Shown here: piece after piece, positions 49,390-58,282 of the stretch | Position numbering within the stretch: position 1 is the first letter of the stretch | How the letters are laid out: each line of letters starts with the position of its first letter | Origin: an uncultured Oscillospiraceae bacterium | GTDB taxonomy: Bacteria > Bacillota > Clostridia > Oscillospirales > Oscillospiraceae | Length of the DNA stretch: 64,000 nucleotides | Assembly: GCA_958436045.1 (NCBI GenBank) | Contig: CAUBIP010000002.1 | Span: forward strand, 1,087-65,086 | Direction: 5' to 3' | Notes under the pieces: model-generated | Told to the model about the DNA's origin: nothing | The model's database searches: none | The model's input: the letters and a program-made list of their open reading frames with translations, nothing else | Translations under genes and position numbers: made by a program

Positions 49390-50121
49390 TCAACGCACCA
49401 AATCGTCCATATTGTAAAGCCCCGCGGGCTTGCCCTGCAAAAAGGTCGCCGCATCCAGCGCACCGTCGGCAAACAGCGCCCGGTCGTGGGCTTCGTGCTT
49501 GAGGATGATGGTCTGGGTCCCCGTCGAGATCTGCACCTCGTGGATGCCGACAATCTCACCTCGCCGGATGGCGTGAATGCCGATCTCGCCCTCCTCCCGG
49601 GGGCACATGCCGCTGCGCCCGCAGTGATTCTGCGCCGCCGGGCGGCTCTCCCGGATGGCGTCGGCCAGCATCAGAGCCGTCCCGCTGGGGGCGTCCAGCT
49701 TGTGCCGGTGGTGGGTCTCGACGATCTCAATATCCGCGTCAGGGAACACCGCCGCCGTCTTCTTTGCCAGACTGCACAGCAGCGCGATGCCCAGGGACAT
49801 ATTGCCGCTGTAAAACACCGGGATCTTTTTCCCCGCCGCTTCGATCAGGGCCCGCTCCTCAGGCGTATGCCCCGTCGTCGCGACGATGACCGGCGTATTG
49901 ACGGCCTGGGCATACGTCAGCAGCTCCGTCACCGCGCTGTGGTGGGAAAAGTCGATGATAATATCCGCCTGCGGCGCTGCATCAAAGCTCTGCAGGACGG
50001 TCTCGCCGTCGCCCCGCGGGTCCACGGCGGCGGCCAGTGTGTAACGTTCCGGCTGCTGGGCGATAAGCCGCAGCAGCGTCTGCCCCATGCGCCCGCAGGC
50101 GCCATTTACGATAATTCTCAT
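49390..50121 (-). CDS. dapB: 4-hydroxy-tetrahydrodipicolinate reductase
   Basis: [33 protein letters not shown] overlap with dapA. Confidence 0.9.
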   Translation of the reverse strand: MRIIVNGACGRMGQTLLRLIAQQPERYTLAAAVDPRGDGETVLQSFDAAPQADIIIDFSHHSAVTELLTYAQAVNTPVIVATTGHTPEERALIEAAGKKIPVFYSGNMSLGIALLCSLAKKTAAVFPDADIEIVETHHRHKLDAPSGTALMLADAIRESRPAAQNHCGRSGMCPREEGEIGIHAIRRGEIVGIHEVQISTGTQTIILKHEAHDRALFADGALDAATFLQGKPAGLYNMDDLVR

Positions 50122-51005
50122 TGAATCAACCCCTGTTCCCGCATCAGCCGCAGCAAAACTTCCGCATGGGCCTGCTCCATGCAGGTCAACGGCAGCCGCA
50201 GCGAATTTTCACCAAAGCCCATGGCAGCCATCGCTGCCTTGACCGGGATCGGGTTGACCTCGCTGAACAGCGCGTTGATGAGCGGCAGATAGTCGCATTG
50301 CAGCTTAGCTGCCCCGGCGATGTCCCCGTCCCAGAAGCGATCGCAGATCTCCCGGGTCTGGCGGGGCATCAGGTTTGAGAGGACCGAAATGCACCCTGCG
50401 CCGCCCATGGCCAGGATCGGCACGAGCTGATCGTCATTGCCGGAGTAGAGGTCCAGCTTGCCCCGCAGCAGCGACTGGGTCTCGACAACGCTGGAGATAT
50501 CGCCGTTGGCTTCCTTGATGCCCCGGATATTCTCATGCTCCGCCAGCTTCAGATAGGTCTGCGGCTGGATATTGCAGCCCGTGCGGGAGGGGACGTTGTA
50601 AACGATCATCGGCTTCGTGCTGGCATCGGCAATGGCGTAGAAGCTCTCGACGAGACCCCGCTGGGTGGCCTTGTTATAGTACGGCGTGACGACGAGCATT
50701 GCGTCCGCGCCTACGTCGCAGGAATACTTCGTCAGGTTGATGGCGTAGTTCGTATCGTTGCTGCCTGTCCCGGCGATGATGACCGTCCGGCCCGCAGCTC
50801 GCTCCACGGCAAAGCGAATGCACGCCTTGTGCTCTTCGTCGGAAAGGGTCGAGCCTTCGCCGGTGGTACCGCAGATGACTAGGGCGTCGATCCCGTTTTC
50901 GATCTGCCAGTCGATCAGGCGGCCGAAGGTATCATAGTCCACCTCACCGTTGCGAAACGGGGTAATCAACGCGGTAGCGATGCCTCTGAAAATCGAATCT
51001 GTCAT
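50118..51005 (-). CDS. dapA: 4-hydroxy-tetrahydrodipicolinate synthase
   Basis: Internal ATG at 51005 with AAGGAGGA RBS. GIATALITPF, VICGTTGEGSTL, VVTPYYNK, YNVPSRTG. Confidence 0.9.
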   Translation of the reverse strand: MTDSIFRGIATALITPFRNGEVDYDTFGRLIDWQIENGIDALVICGTTGEGSTLSDEEHKACIRFAVERAAGRTVIIAGTGSNDTNYAINLTKYSCDVGADAMLVVTPYYNKATQRGLVESFYAIADASTKPMIVYNVPSRTGCNIQPQTYLKLAEHENIRGIKEANGDISSVVETQSLLRGKLDLYSGNDDQLVPILAMGGAGCISVLSNLMPRQTREICDRFWDGDIAGAAKLQCDYLPLINALFSEVNPIPVKAAMAAMGFGENSLRLPLTCMEQAHAEVLLRLMREQGLIQ

Positions 51006-51035
51006 AATTTTGTCCTCCTTCTGGTGAGAAAATAT

Positions 51036-51300
51036 AAGAAAAAGCAGCTCACATCCTCGCGGATCAGCTGCTCTGCATTCCCTGTTGCACCGCCAGGCGG
51101 CCAAATGGGCACGATCCGGCGATCCAAATTGAAACGATAGCACTCCGCAGTGATGCGACAGTCCGGCAGCTATTAGTTTACCGGCCCAGCACAGCTCCGC
51201 TGTATCCGAAGCTGCCTTCGGCAACGCGCCCCTTTCCGCAAGCCAACGGGATACAGCCCCTTCCAGCTCGTTTACTCATCACGCGATGCGCCTCTATCAT
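51036..51300 (-). promoter_or_regulatory. Lysine riboswitch (L-box) with terminator expression platform, upstream of dapA-dapB
   Basis: Minus-strand RNA: GAUAGAGGCGC...GAGUA...GAAAGGGGCGCGUUGCCGAAG...GCUGGGCCGG...GGACUGUC...CUAUC. It matches the B. subtilis lysC L-box core as I recall it. Followed by the AGCAGCU...AGCUGCU hairpin plus UUUUUCUU (51036-51073). Confidence 0.8.
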
Positions 51301-51308
51301 TAGCCAAT

Positions 51309-51337
51309 ATATTACCATCTTTTTTCCCCAATTGCAA
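51309..51337 (-). promoter_or_regulatory. Promoter of the L-box/dapAB unit
   Basis: Minus strand TTGCAA, 17-nt spacer, TGgTAATAT, immediately 5' of the riboswitch. Confidence 0.6.
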
Positions 51338-51374
51338 TGTATTTTTTCAAAAACAGTGAAAAAAATACATTGCA
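51333..51374. repeat. AT-rich perfect 15-bp inverted repeat (12-nt loop)
   Basis: TGCAATGTATTTTTT...AAAAAATACATTGCA. 39 nt downstream of the M20 gene stop, and it overlaps the -35 of the L-box promoter. Confidence 0.85.
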
Positions 51375-51412
51375 TCCAGGCTTTTCTTTTGTCTATTTCC
51401 GTAAAACGCGCT

Positions 51413-52510
51413 TCACGGCCGGTACAGCCGGGCCAGCTGCTCCCAGAAATCCGCGCCCCGCTGCAGCGCCGCCTCATCAAACTGGAAGTCCGCCGCGTGC
51501 AGCGCCGGCGCCGGGCCGACGCCCAGGAAGAAGAACATCCCCGGCAGCTGGCGCTGATACCAGGAAAAATCCTCCGTGATCATCACCGGCGCATCCAGCT
51601 GCACAAACTCCAGCCCGCTGGCAAGCACCCGGTCAAACAGCGCGTCGGGGTTCATCACCGCCGGATAGCCGTCGTTCATCGTGACCTCGACCTGGCAGCC
51701 CATCTTCTGCGCAACATCGCGGCCAATGGCGCGGATGCGCGCCTGCAGGCCAGTAAAAATCTCATCCTGGAACGCCCGCAGGCTCCCTTCCAGGACAGTA
51801 TGGGCGCTGACGGCATTGCGCACCGTCCCGCTCTCCATGCGGCCGAATTTACACAGGCGGAACACCTCCGGCGGCAGTGCGTCCACCGCCGCCATGACCT
51901 GCTGGTAAAAATCCACCCCGGCAGCCAGGGCATCAATGCCCTCCGCCGCTTTGGCAATATGAGCGGAGCGCCCGGTGATCTCCACCGTCACCTCGCAGGA
52001 GCGGCTCATCATCTCATTCCTGCGGCTGGCGATGACCCCCGACGGCAGATCCGGCCACAGGTGCATCCCAAAAATCGCCTCTATGCCATATTCCTGGAAG
52101 ATCCCCGTCTGGCACAGGTCTCGTGCGCCGCCGGTCGTCTCCTCCGCGGGCTGGAAGACCAGCAGGATATTCTGCGGCAGCGCCACCATCCGGTCCAGGC
52201 GGCGGGCCAACTCCAGCAGCATTGCCATATGGGCATCGTGGCCGCAGGCGTGCATTTTCCCCGGGTGGTGTGAGGCAAAGGGCAGCCCCGTCTGCTCCTG
52301 GACCGGCAGCGCGTCGGCATCGGAGCGGAACGCAATGGTGTGCTCCGCGCCGAAGTCAAAATACGCGCACAGTGCCCCCGCCATGGGCCGTAGCAGGCGG
52401 CAGCGCAGCGGGGCCAGGGCAGCAGTCAGATAGGCCAGCGTCTCCGGCAGCTGCCGGTCCAATTCCGGGATCTGGTGCAGTGCCCGGCGGTCTTCGATTA
52501 TTTGCAGCAT
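51413..52510 (-). CDS. dapL: M20-family amidohydrolase, probable N-acetyldiaminopimelate deacetylase
   Basis: [24 protein letters not shown]. Divergent from dapH. The specific function is inferred from context. Confidence 0.65.
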   Translation of the reverse strand: MLQIIEDRRALHQIPELDRQLPETLAYLTAALAPLRCRLLRPMAGALCAYFDFGAEHTIAFRSDADALPVQEQTGLPFASHHPGKMHACGHDAHMAMLLELARRLDRMVALPQNILLVFQPAEETTGGARDLCQTGIFQEYGIEAIFGMHLWPDLPSGVIASRRNEMMSRSCEVTVEITGRSAHIAKAAEGIDALAAGVDFYQQVMAAVDALPPEVFRLCKFGRMESGTVRNAVSAHTVLEGSLRAFQDEIFTGLQARIRAIGRDVAQKMGCQVEVTMNDGYPAVMNPDALFDRVLASGLEFVQLDAPVMITEDFSWYQRQLPGMFFFLGVGPAPALHAADFQFDEAALQRGADFWEQLARLYRP

Positions 52511-52669
52511 AGTTCCTCCTTTTCCGGCGCGGGCGGAGGAATAATAGTGGAAATTCCCGCCGGGCCGTGCTATGATAAAGATACGAGAGCTGAATCAAAC
52601 GCAGGATGCGCTTTGACCCGGGCTCCGTATCAAAATCGACTTCTAAACTTCACAAAGGGGCAATGGCTT

Positions 52670-53368
52670 ATGAATGCACAGGAAATCATTGAATACATCC
52701 GCACATCCGAGAAGAAGACCCCCGTCCGGGCATTTTTACAGGAGACCAAGCCAGTCGAATTCCCGAACGCCCAGGTGTTTGCTGCCGGGTCTGGGACGAA
52801 GATCGTCTTCGGCGACTGGAAGGATATCGGCCCAGTGCTGGAAGCCCACGCGGGCGATATCGCCCAACTGGTCATTGAGAACGACTGCCGCAATTCCGCC
52901 ATCCCCATGCTGGACCTCAAACCCATCAACGCCCGCATCGAGCCGGGCGCGATCATCCGGGAAAATGTCGAGATCGGCGATAACGCCGTCATTATGATGG
53001 GCGCGATCATCAATATCGGCGCGATCATCGGTGCAGGCACCATGATCGACATGGGCGCTGTCCTGGGCGGGCGCGCGACCGTCGGCAAAAACTGCCATGT
53101 CGGCGCGGGCGCTGTCTTGGCAGGCGTCGTCGAACCGGCCAGCGCGACGCCGGTTATCATTGAGGACGATGTGCTCATCGGTGCCAACGCCGTCGTGATC
53201 GAAGGGGTCCATGTCGGCAAGGGCGCTGTCATTGCCGCCGGGGCCGTCGTGGTAAACGATGTCGAGCCGGGCGCCGTGATGGCTGGTGTCCCCGCCCGGA
53301 AAATCAAAACGAAGGACGAGAAGACCGCCGGGAAGACCGCGCTGGTCGACGCCCTGCGGGCCCTGTAA
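52670..53368 (+). CDS. dapH: 2,3,4,5-tetrahydropyridine-2,6-dicarboxylate N-acetyltransferase
   Basis: [20 protein letters not shown]-terminus, hexapeptide repeats ([29 protein letters not shown]). Confidence 0.85.
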   Translation: MNAQEIIEYIRTSEKKTPVRAFLQETKPVEFPNAQVFAAGSGTKIVFGDWKDIGPVLEAHAGDIAQLVIENDCRNSAIPMLDLKPINARIEPGAIIRENVEIGDNAVIMMGAIINIGAIIGAGTMIDMGAVLGGRATVGKNCHVGAGAVLAGVVEPASATPVIIEDDVLIGANAVVIEGVHVGKGAVIAAGAVVVNDVEPGAVMAGVPARKIKTKDEKTAGKTALVDALRAL

Positions 53369-53481
53369 CGCCCCCGTGCCGCCGATCCTGTTTGCCCATA
53401 TCATAGAGAGAAACCACGCTCTTGTCAAGCAATGATGGGAACTTCCCGGCAAAACTGCACACAGATTCTACTCCTAACCAA

Positions 53482-53514
53482 AGCGCGCACCGGCATGCCC
53501 GGTGTGCGCTTTTC
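53482..53514 (+). terminator. Intrinsic terminator after dapH
   Basis: AGCGCGCACCGG-catgc-CCGGTGTGCGCT followed by TTTCG. Confidence 0.7.
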
Positions 53515-53591
53515 GCGTGTCTAAACAAATCAAATCCGTCCCAGAGCCAGCAGAGCAGCCGGAGAAATACTGCCTTCTTTTGCGCCCACGC

Positions 53592-53622
53592 TTGACAGTA
53601 TAGTATATATATGGTTTATAAT
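53592..53622 (+). promoter_or_regulatory. Promoter with a 19-nt AT-rich spacer (MerR-type geometry)
   Basis: TTGACA (53592-53597), 19-nt spacer GTATAGTATATATATGGTT, TATAAT (53617-53622). Confidence 0.5.
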
Positions 53623-53661
53623 ATTATTATACTATCACTTTGCAGAAAGCGAGGAAGAATA

Positions 53662-55056
53662 ATGGCAAAGACGCTGCTCCGAAACGCCCGGGCAATTGTC
53701 AGCTGCGACGAACGCGACCGGGTCTATGAACACTGCGATCTTCTGATCGAAGGCCAAGAGATCCTTGAGATCGCCCCGCATATCTCCTGCGAAAGTGCCC
53801 AGGTCATCGACGCCGCCGGTAAGCTGATCTACCCGGGCCTTGTCAATACGCACCACCATTTTTTCCAGACCTTTATCCGCAACCTGACCACCATCGACTA
53901 CCCGAATATGACCGTCCTGGAATGGCTGGACGTCTTTTTCCAGGCTGTCCGCTATGTCGACAGTGATGTCATGTACTATTCCGCCCTGACCGCCATGGCA
54001 GACCTGGTCAAGCACGGCTGCACCACCGCCTTTGACCACCAATACTGCTTCAATGCCCGCACTGGCAAGGCGTCGATCGACCGGCAGATGGAGGCAGCTC
54101 AGCAGATCGGCATCCGCTATCATGCCGGACGCGCAACGAACACCCGTCCCATGTCCGACGGCAGCCCCATTCCTGACGATATCCGTGAGGACACCGAGAC
54201 CTTTATCGCCCACACCCGCACGCTCATCGAAAAATACCATGACGCAAGCCCCTTCTCCATGCGGCAGATCGTCATTGCCCCCTGCCAGCCCATGAACTGC
54301 GCCGCAGACTGTTTCACCGCCTCCGTTGCCCTGGCCAAGGAGACCGGCTGCCGCCTGCACACCCACCTGGGGGAGGGCGAAAACGAATTTATGCAGGCCC
54401 GCTATGGGATGCGCACCCTGGAATGGTGCCGCTGTCTGGGCTTTTTGGGTGAAAATGTCTGGTTTGCCCACTGCTGGGAGCTGACGCCGGAGGAATACAA
54501 AATAATTGGCGATTATGGTGCGGGCGTCTCCCACTGCCCCGCACCGGCCATCCTTAGCGGCTTCCCGATCCTGCCCATGAAGCAGATGCTGCGTGACGGG
54601 GTCTGCCTCAGCCTGGGCTGCGATGGCTCGGCCACCAACGACTCGTCCAACCTCCTCGACTCCATCCGCACCGCCTATTATATGCAGTGCTATTTCGGCA
54701 AGGAGCGGGGCGGCGCAGTCACCGCGTATGATATTCTAAAAATTGCCACCGCAGGCGGCGCAAAGACCCTGGGCCGCAGCGACTTGGGCTCCCTGGCCCC
54801 CGGCAAAGCCGCAGACCTGTTTATGATCGACGGGACAACGCTGGAGCTTGTCGGCGCGACCCACGACCCCAAAAATCTCATCGGCCGCGTCGGCCTGACT
54901 GGCAATGTCGCCATGACGATGATCGGTGGCAAAATCGTCTTTGACGGTGTCAAGCTCACCGGCATTGATGAGCGCCGCCTGGCTGTTGAGGCAGACAGAG
55001 CTCACGAAAGCGCCCTGCGCTCCCAGTGCCCAGTTTTTCAGAAAGCCGGGGGCTGA
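53662..55056 (+). CDS. Amidohydrolase-superfamily deaminase (8-oxoguanine/guanine-type deaminase family)
   Basis: ATG at 53662 with GAGGAAG RBS. YPGLVNTHHHFFQTF, HTHLGEGENE, GCDGSATND. Confidence 0.75.
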   Translation: MAKTLLRNARAIVSCDERDRVYEHCDLLIEGQEILEIAPHISCESAQVIDAAGKLIYPGLVNTHHHFFQTFIRNLTTIDYPNMTVLEWLDVFFQAVRYVDSDVMYYSALTAMADLVKHGCTTAFDHQYCFNARTGKASIDRQMEAAQQIGIRYHAGRATNTRPMSDGSPIPDDIREDTETFIAHTRTLIEKYHDASPFSMRQIVIAPCQPMNCAADCFTASVALAKETGCRLHTHLGEGENEFMQARYGMRTLEWCRCLGFLGENVWFAHCWELTPEEYKIIGDYGAGVSHCPAPAILSGFPILPMKQMLRDGVCLSLGCDGSATNDSSNLLDSIRTAYYMQCYFGKERGGAVTAYDILKIATAGGAKTLGRSDLGSLAPGKAADLFMIDGTTLELVGATHDPKNLIGRVGLTGNVAMTMIGGKIVFDGVKLTGIDERRLAVEADRAHESALRSQCPVFQKAGG

Positions 55057-55059
55057 GCC

Positions 55060-55830
55060 ATGCGGGAATACCTGAATGTCGGGCAGATGAGCGCGCTGTT
55101 CCATCTCAACAAGCAGACGCTGCAATACTACGACCGAGAGAAAATTTTCTCCCCGGCCTATCGCAATCCGGAGAACAACTACCGCATGTACCGCTTCGAC
55201 CAGGTCTACGGCCTGGCCCTCATCTGCTATCTGCGAAAACTGGGCTTTTCCATCGCCCAGGTCAAGAAGTATCTCGATCTGCACGACCGCAGCAGTGCGA
55301 TCCAGGAGCTGAAAATGCAGTCGGCACTCCTACAGCAGCAATGCCAGAAAATGCTGGCCATGGATGAGGTTCTGCAGCGCAAGCTCCAATATGTTGAGCA
55401 GCAGCTCGAGCAGATGGCGTTGGGTCAGGCTTCGATCCAGACGCTGCCGGAGCGAAAATACATCCCCCTGGGGGAGGAGGCAACGCTATACCAAAACGAG
55501 ATCTTCTATTTTTACCCGACCATCGCCTTTGTCCAGGATGCGCCGTCAGGCCAACCCCGGATCTCCTTCGGCGCTTATCTGGAGCCCTCCCAGTCCGTCC
55601 CGGTGCGTTATCTGAAACAGGTCGAGACACTGCCCGCCATGCAGATGCTCTGCGCCCACTTCCGGGGCACGTATCCCGATGCCATCGACTTTGGCTGCCA
55701 GCTCCGCCTCGCCCATCCCGAGCTGCCACTGTCCGACGATGCGCTGCATTTCAATATCGTCGACCAATTTATTGAAACGGCACAGGAGAATTATATTACA
55801 GAAATTCAGATTCCCATTCTAGACGCTTGA
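55060..55830 (+). CDS. MerR-family transcriptional regulator with C-terminal effector-binding (GyrI-like) domain
   Basis: LNVGQMSALFHLNKQTLQYYDREKIFSP...YRMYRFDQV HTH. 3-nt gap after the deaminase gene. Confidence 0.8.
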   Translation: MREYLNVGQMSALFHLNKQTLQYYDREKIFSPAYRNPENNYRMYRFDQVYGLALICYLRKLGFSIAQVKKYLDLHDRSSAIQELKMQSALLQQQCQKMLAMDEVLQRKLQYVEQQLEQMALGQASIQTLPERKYIPLGEEATLYQNEIFYFYPTIAFVQDAPSGQPRISFGAYLEPSQSVPVRYLKQVETLPAMQMLCAHFRGTYPDAIDFGCQLRLAHPELPLSDDALHFNIVDQFIETAQENYITEIQIPILDA

Positions 55831-55841
55831 CCGCACTGGCT

Positions 55842-55898
55842 GCCCCGGCCCAAGCCCTGCCGTTCTGCACGCGCAGGCCCTGGGCCGGGCGCTTTTTG
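55842..55898 (+). terminator. Intrinsic terminator after the merR-family gene
   Basis: GCCCCGGCCCAAGCCCTGC...GCAGGCCCTGGGCCGGGC followed by GCTTTTTG. Confidence 0.7.
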
Positions 55899-55910
55899 CC
55901 GCGATGGCAT

Positions 55911-55951
55911 AATAGAAAAAGGGCGCGCTGCAGCGAGTCTGCAGCGCGCCC
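55911..55951 (-). terminator. Strong minus-strand intrinsic terminator with no annotated gene upstream of it
   Basis: Perfect 13-bp stem GGGCGCGCTGCAG-actcg-CTGCAGCGCGCCC followed by TTTTTCTATT on the minus strand. Confidence 0.75.
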
Positions 55952-56330
55952 AGATGCGGAGAAGCACCAGCCTGACCGGTCGCCCGCCCCTATTCGGGCA
56001 TCCAGTGGACCGGTGCGGCAGCCCGGTGTGAGCGGGAAACCGGGCCGCAGGCGGCATCGCCGCCAAAGGAGATTGGGAGAACACAGGAAGCAAGCCTGTC
56101 ATAAGCTGCCAATCGCATTGCGCAAAAAGTGCAATGTCCAGGAAGAACAAACATGATCCGCGCGTCTGACATGCGCTCTCACCCGCCGCCAAAGTCTCCG
56201 TGCCTTTGTAGGCCAAAGCGGAACCAGGGGGTGCTGCCCCACCGGTACGGCAGCCTCGGCAGCGCCTCCCATTTATGCGCCGCTCTGATTCGCCGTTTTC
56301 CGTTTTGCTTGGCTTCTATCTGCAGTGTAC
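55952..56330 (-). ncRNA. Candidate unannotated minus-strand transcript (structured RNA, or degenerate remnant)
   Basis: ~400 nt without a credible ORF in any frame. Many local GC hairpins. Possible TTGACA (56354-56349), 19-nt spacer, TACACT promoter. Ends at the 55911-55951 terminator. Confidence 0.3.
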
Positions 56331-56404
56331 TGCATATACCAACTATATTGTCAACCCCTTTCTCGGTTATTTTTACGTCAAAACAAGATAATACCCGTTT
56401 TCGA

Positions 56405-56434
56405 TTGGACAAATTCACGAAGCTATGGTAAAAT
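56405..56434 (+). promoter_or_regulatory. Promoter of ade
   Basis: TTGGAC, 18-nt spacer, TGgTAAAAT (extended -10). Confidence 0.5.
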
Positions 56435-56472
56435 CGAGCCATCAAACTACAAAGGAAAGGGCGGCATTTTTT

Positions 56473-58206
56473 ATGGCACAGCAGGAAAGCTACGTCGGCA
56501 AGATCAATCGAAAGCTTGCAAACAAGCGCCGGATCATTGAAGCAGCCTCCGGGCGGGAAAAAGCGGATCTGGTCCTGAAAAACGCAACGTATGTCAACGT
56601 ATTCTCCAACGAACTATGCACGGCAAATATCGCCTGCGCCAATGGGCTGATCGTCGGCATCGGCGACTATGCCGGGGAGCAGGAGTTGGACCTCACCGGT
56701 AAGATCGTCTGCCCCGGGTTTCTGGATGCCCACATCCACCTGGAGAGCAGCATGGTTTCCCCGACAGAATTTGTCAAAGCCGTCCTGCCCCACGGGACGA
56801 CGACCGTCGTCACAGATCCCCACGAGATCACCAACGTCATGGGGACAGACGGTATCGAGTATATGCTCCAGGCAACAGAGGGCCTGCCGGTGGATGTGCG
56901 GTTCATGCTGCCCTCCTGCGTCCCGGCCACGCCGATGGACGAAGCCGGGGCGACGCTGGACTACCGGACCATCGACATGTTCTATGACTATCCCCGTGTC
57001 CAGGGCCTGGCGGAGATGATGAATTACATCGGCGTCATCCGGGGTGATGAGGAGGTCATCAAAAAGATCGTCGCCGCCCAGGCACATCATAAAAAGATCG
57101 ACGGCCATGCCCCGGGCCTGACCAGCAAGGAGCTGGATACCTATATCGCCGCCGGTGTCTACTCCGACCACGAGTGCGCCACCCTGGACGACGCGCTGCG
57201 GAAGCTCCAGCGGGGCCAGTTTATCATGATCCGCGAGGGCACTGCCGCCCGGAATCTCGAGGCGCTGGCGCCGCTGCTCAACTGGAAATACCATGAGCGC
57301 TGCATGTTCTGCTGCGACGACCGGCACCCCAATGATCTCCTTTCCAAGGGCCATATCGACGATATCATCCGCCAAGCCATCAACCGCTACGGCGTCGACC
57401 CGATCATCGCCGTCAAGGCTGCCTGCCATCACGCGGCCCGCTACTTCCTGCTCAATAACCGGGGTGCCATCGCCCCCGGCTACCTGGCAGACCTGGTCGT
57501 CGTGGATAATTTCCAGGATTTCCAGGTTGAAAAGGTCTTTAAAAAGGGAAAATTGATGTTCGACGGCCAGCAGGTCGCCCCGTTCGATCCCCCGCAGATC
57601 GACCCGCACCTGGTCGCCCAGGCGCACCACACGTTCCGCGTCGCCCCCCTCACGGCGGACGACTTTGCAACCCCGCGCCAGCGTGCCATGCTCGGCATGG
57701 TCCCCGGTGAGATCATCACGACAGACAACGGCTATGCCGACCATATCGACCCCGCGCAGGATATTCTGAAGATCGCCGTCATCGAGCGCCACAAGGGCAC
57801 CGGGCACATCGGCCTGGGCTATTTGCAGGGCTACGGCCTGAAATCCGGCGCGGTGGCGACCTCAGTCTCCCACGACAGCCATAATATCATCGTCGTCGGC
57901 GCAAACGAGGCGGATATGGCCTTTGCCGCCAACCAGGTCGTCGCATCCGGCGGCGGCATCGTCGTGGCGGACGGAGGCCGCATCACCGGCCAGGTCGTGC
58001 TGGAGATCGCAGGGCTGATGAGTGAGGGCAGCCTGCCCCAGGTCAACGCGCGGCTGGAGCAGGCGAAGGCCGCCGCTTTCCGCCAAGGCGTCAACACCGG
58101 GATCGACCCGTTTATGACGCTCTCGTTCATGTCCCTGCCGGTCATTCCCCAGCTGCGGCTGACGACCCGGGGCGTGATCGACGTGGCAACGCAGCAATAT
58201 CTGTGA
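56473..58206 (+). CDS. ade: Adenine deaminase
   Basis: ATG at 56473 with AAGGAAAGGG RBS. PGFLDAHIHLESSMV, VTDPHEI, SHDSHNIIVVG. Confidence 0.9.
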   Translation: MAQQESYVGKINRKLANKRRIIEAASGREKADLVLKNATYVNVFSNELCTANIACANGLIVGIGDYAGEQELDLTGKIVCPGFLDAHIHLESSMVSPTEFVKAVLPHGTTTVVTDPHEITNVMGTDGIEYMLQATEGLPVDVRFMLPSCVPATPMDEAGATLDYRTIDMFYDYPRVQGLAEMMNYIGVIRGDEEVIKKIVAAQAHHKKIDGHAPGLTSKELDTYIAAGVYSDHECATLDDALRKLQRGQFIMIREGTAARNLEALAPLLNWKYHERCMFCCDDRHPNDLLSKGHIDDIIRQAINRYGVDPIIAVKAACHHAARYFLLNNRGAIAPGYLADLVVVDNFQDFQVEKVFKKGKLMFDGQQVAPFDPPQIDPHLVAQAHHTFRVAPLTADDFATPRQRAMLGMVPGEIITTDNGYADHIDPAQDILKIAVIERHKGTGHIGLGYLQGYGLKSGAVATSVSHDSHNIIVVGANEADMAFAANQVVASGGGIVVADGGRITGQVVLEIAGLMSEGSLPQVNARLEQAKAAAFRQGVNTGIDPFMTLSFMSLPVIPQLRLTTRGVIDVATQQYL

Positions 58207-58282
58207 CGCAGGCGCTTTACAAAGGGCGGAAATCCCGGTATAATGGAAAAAACAAGAATTCGGCGCGCCTTGCGCCTATGAG

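Noticed and set aside
55899-56354. Identity of the orphan minus-strand unit as RNase P RNA, tmRNA, SRP RNA, a T-box or a cobalamin riboswitch.
   Set aside because: The universal signatures are absent on both strands or in the wrong order: GAGGAAAGUCC with ACAGAA..GGCUUA, the tRNA-like CCA end with a tag ORF, GUCAGGUCCGGAAGGAAGCAGC, GGUGGUACCGCG, and the GCCACUG B12 box.
56330-56472. Purine riboswitch upstream of ade.
   Set aside because: The predicted promoter leaves only a ~35-nt leader, and no aptamer core motifs are present.
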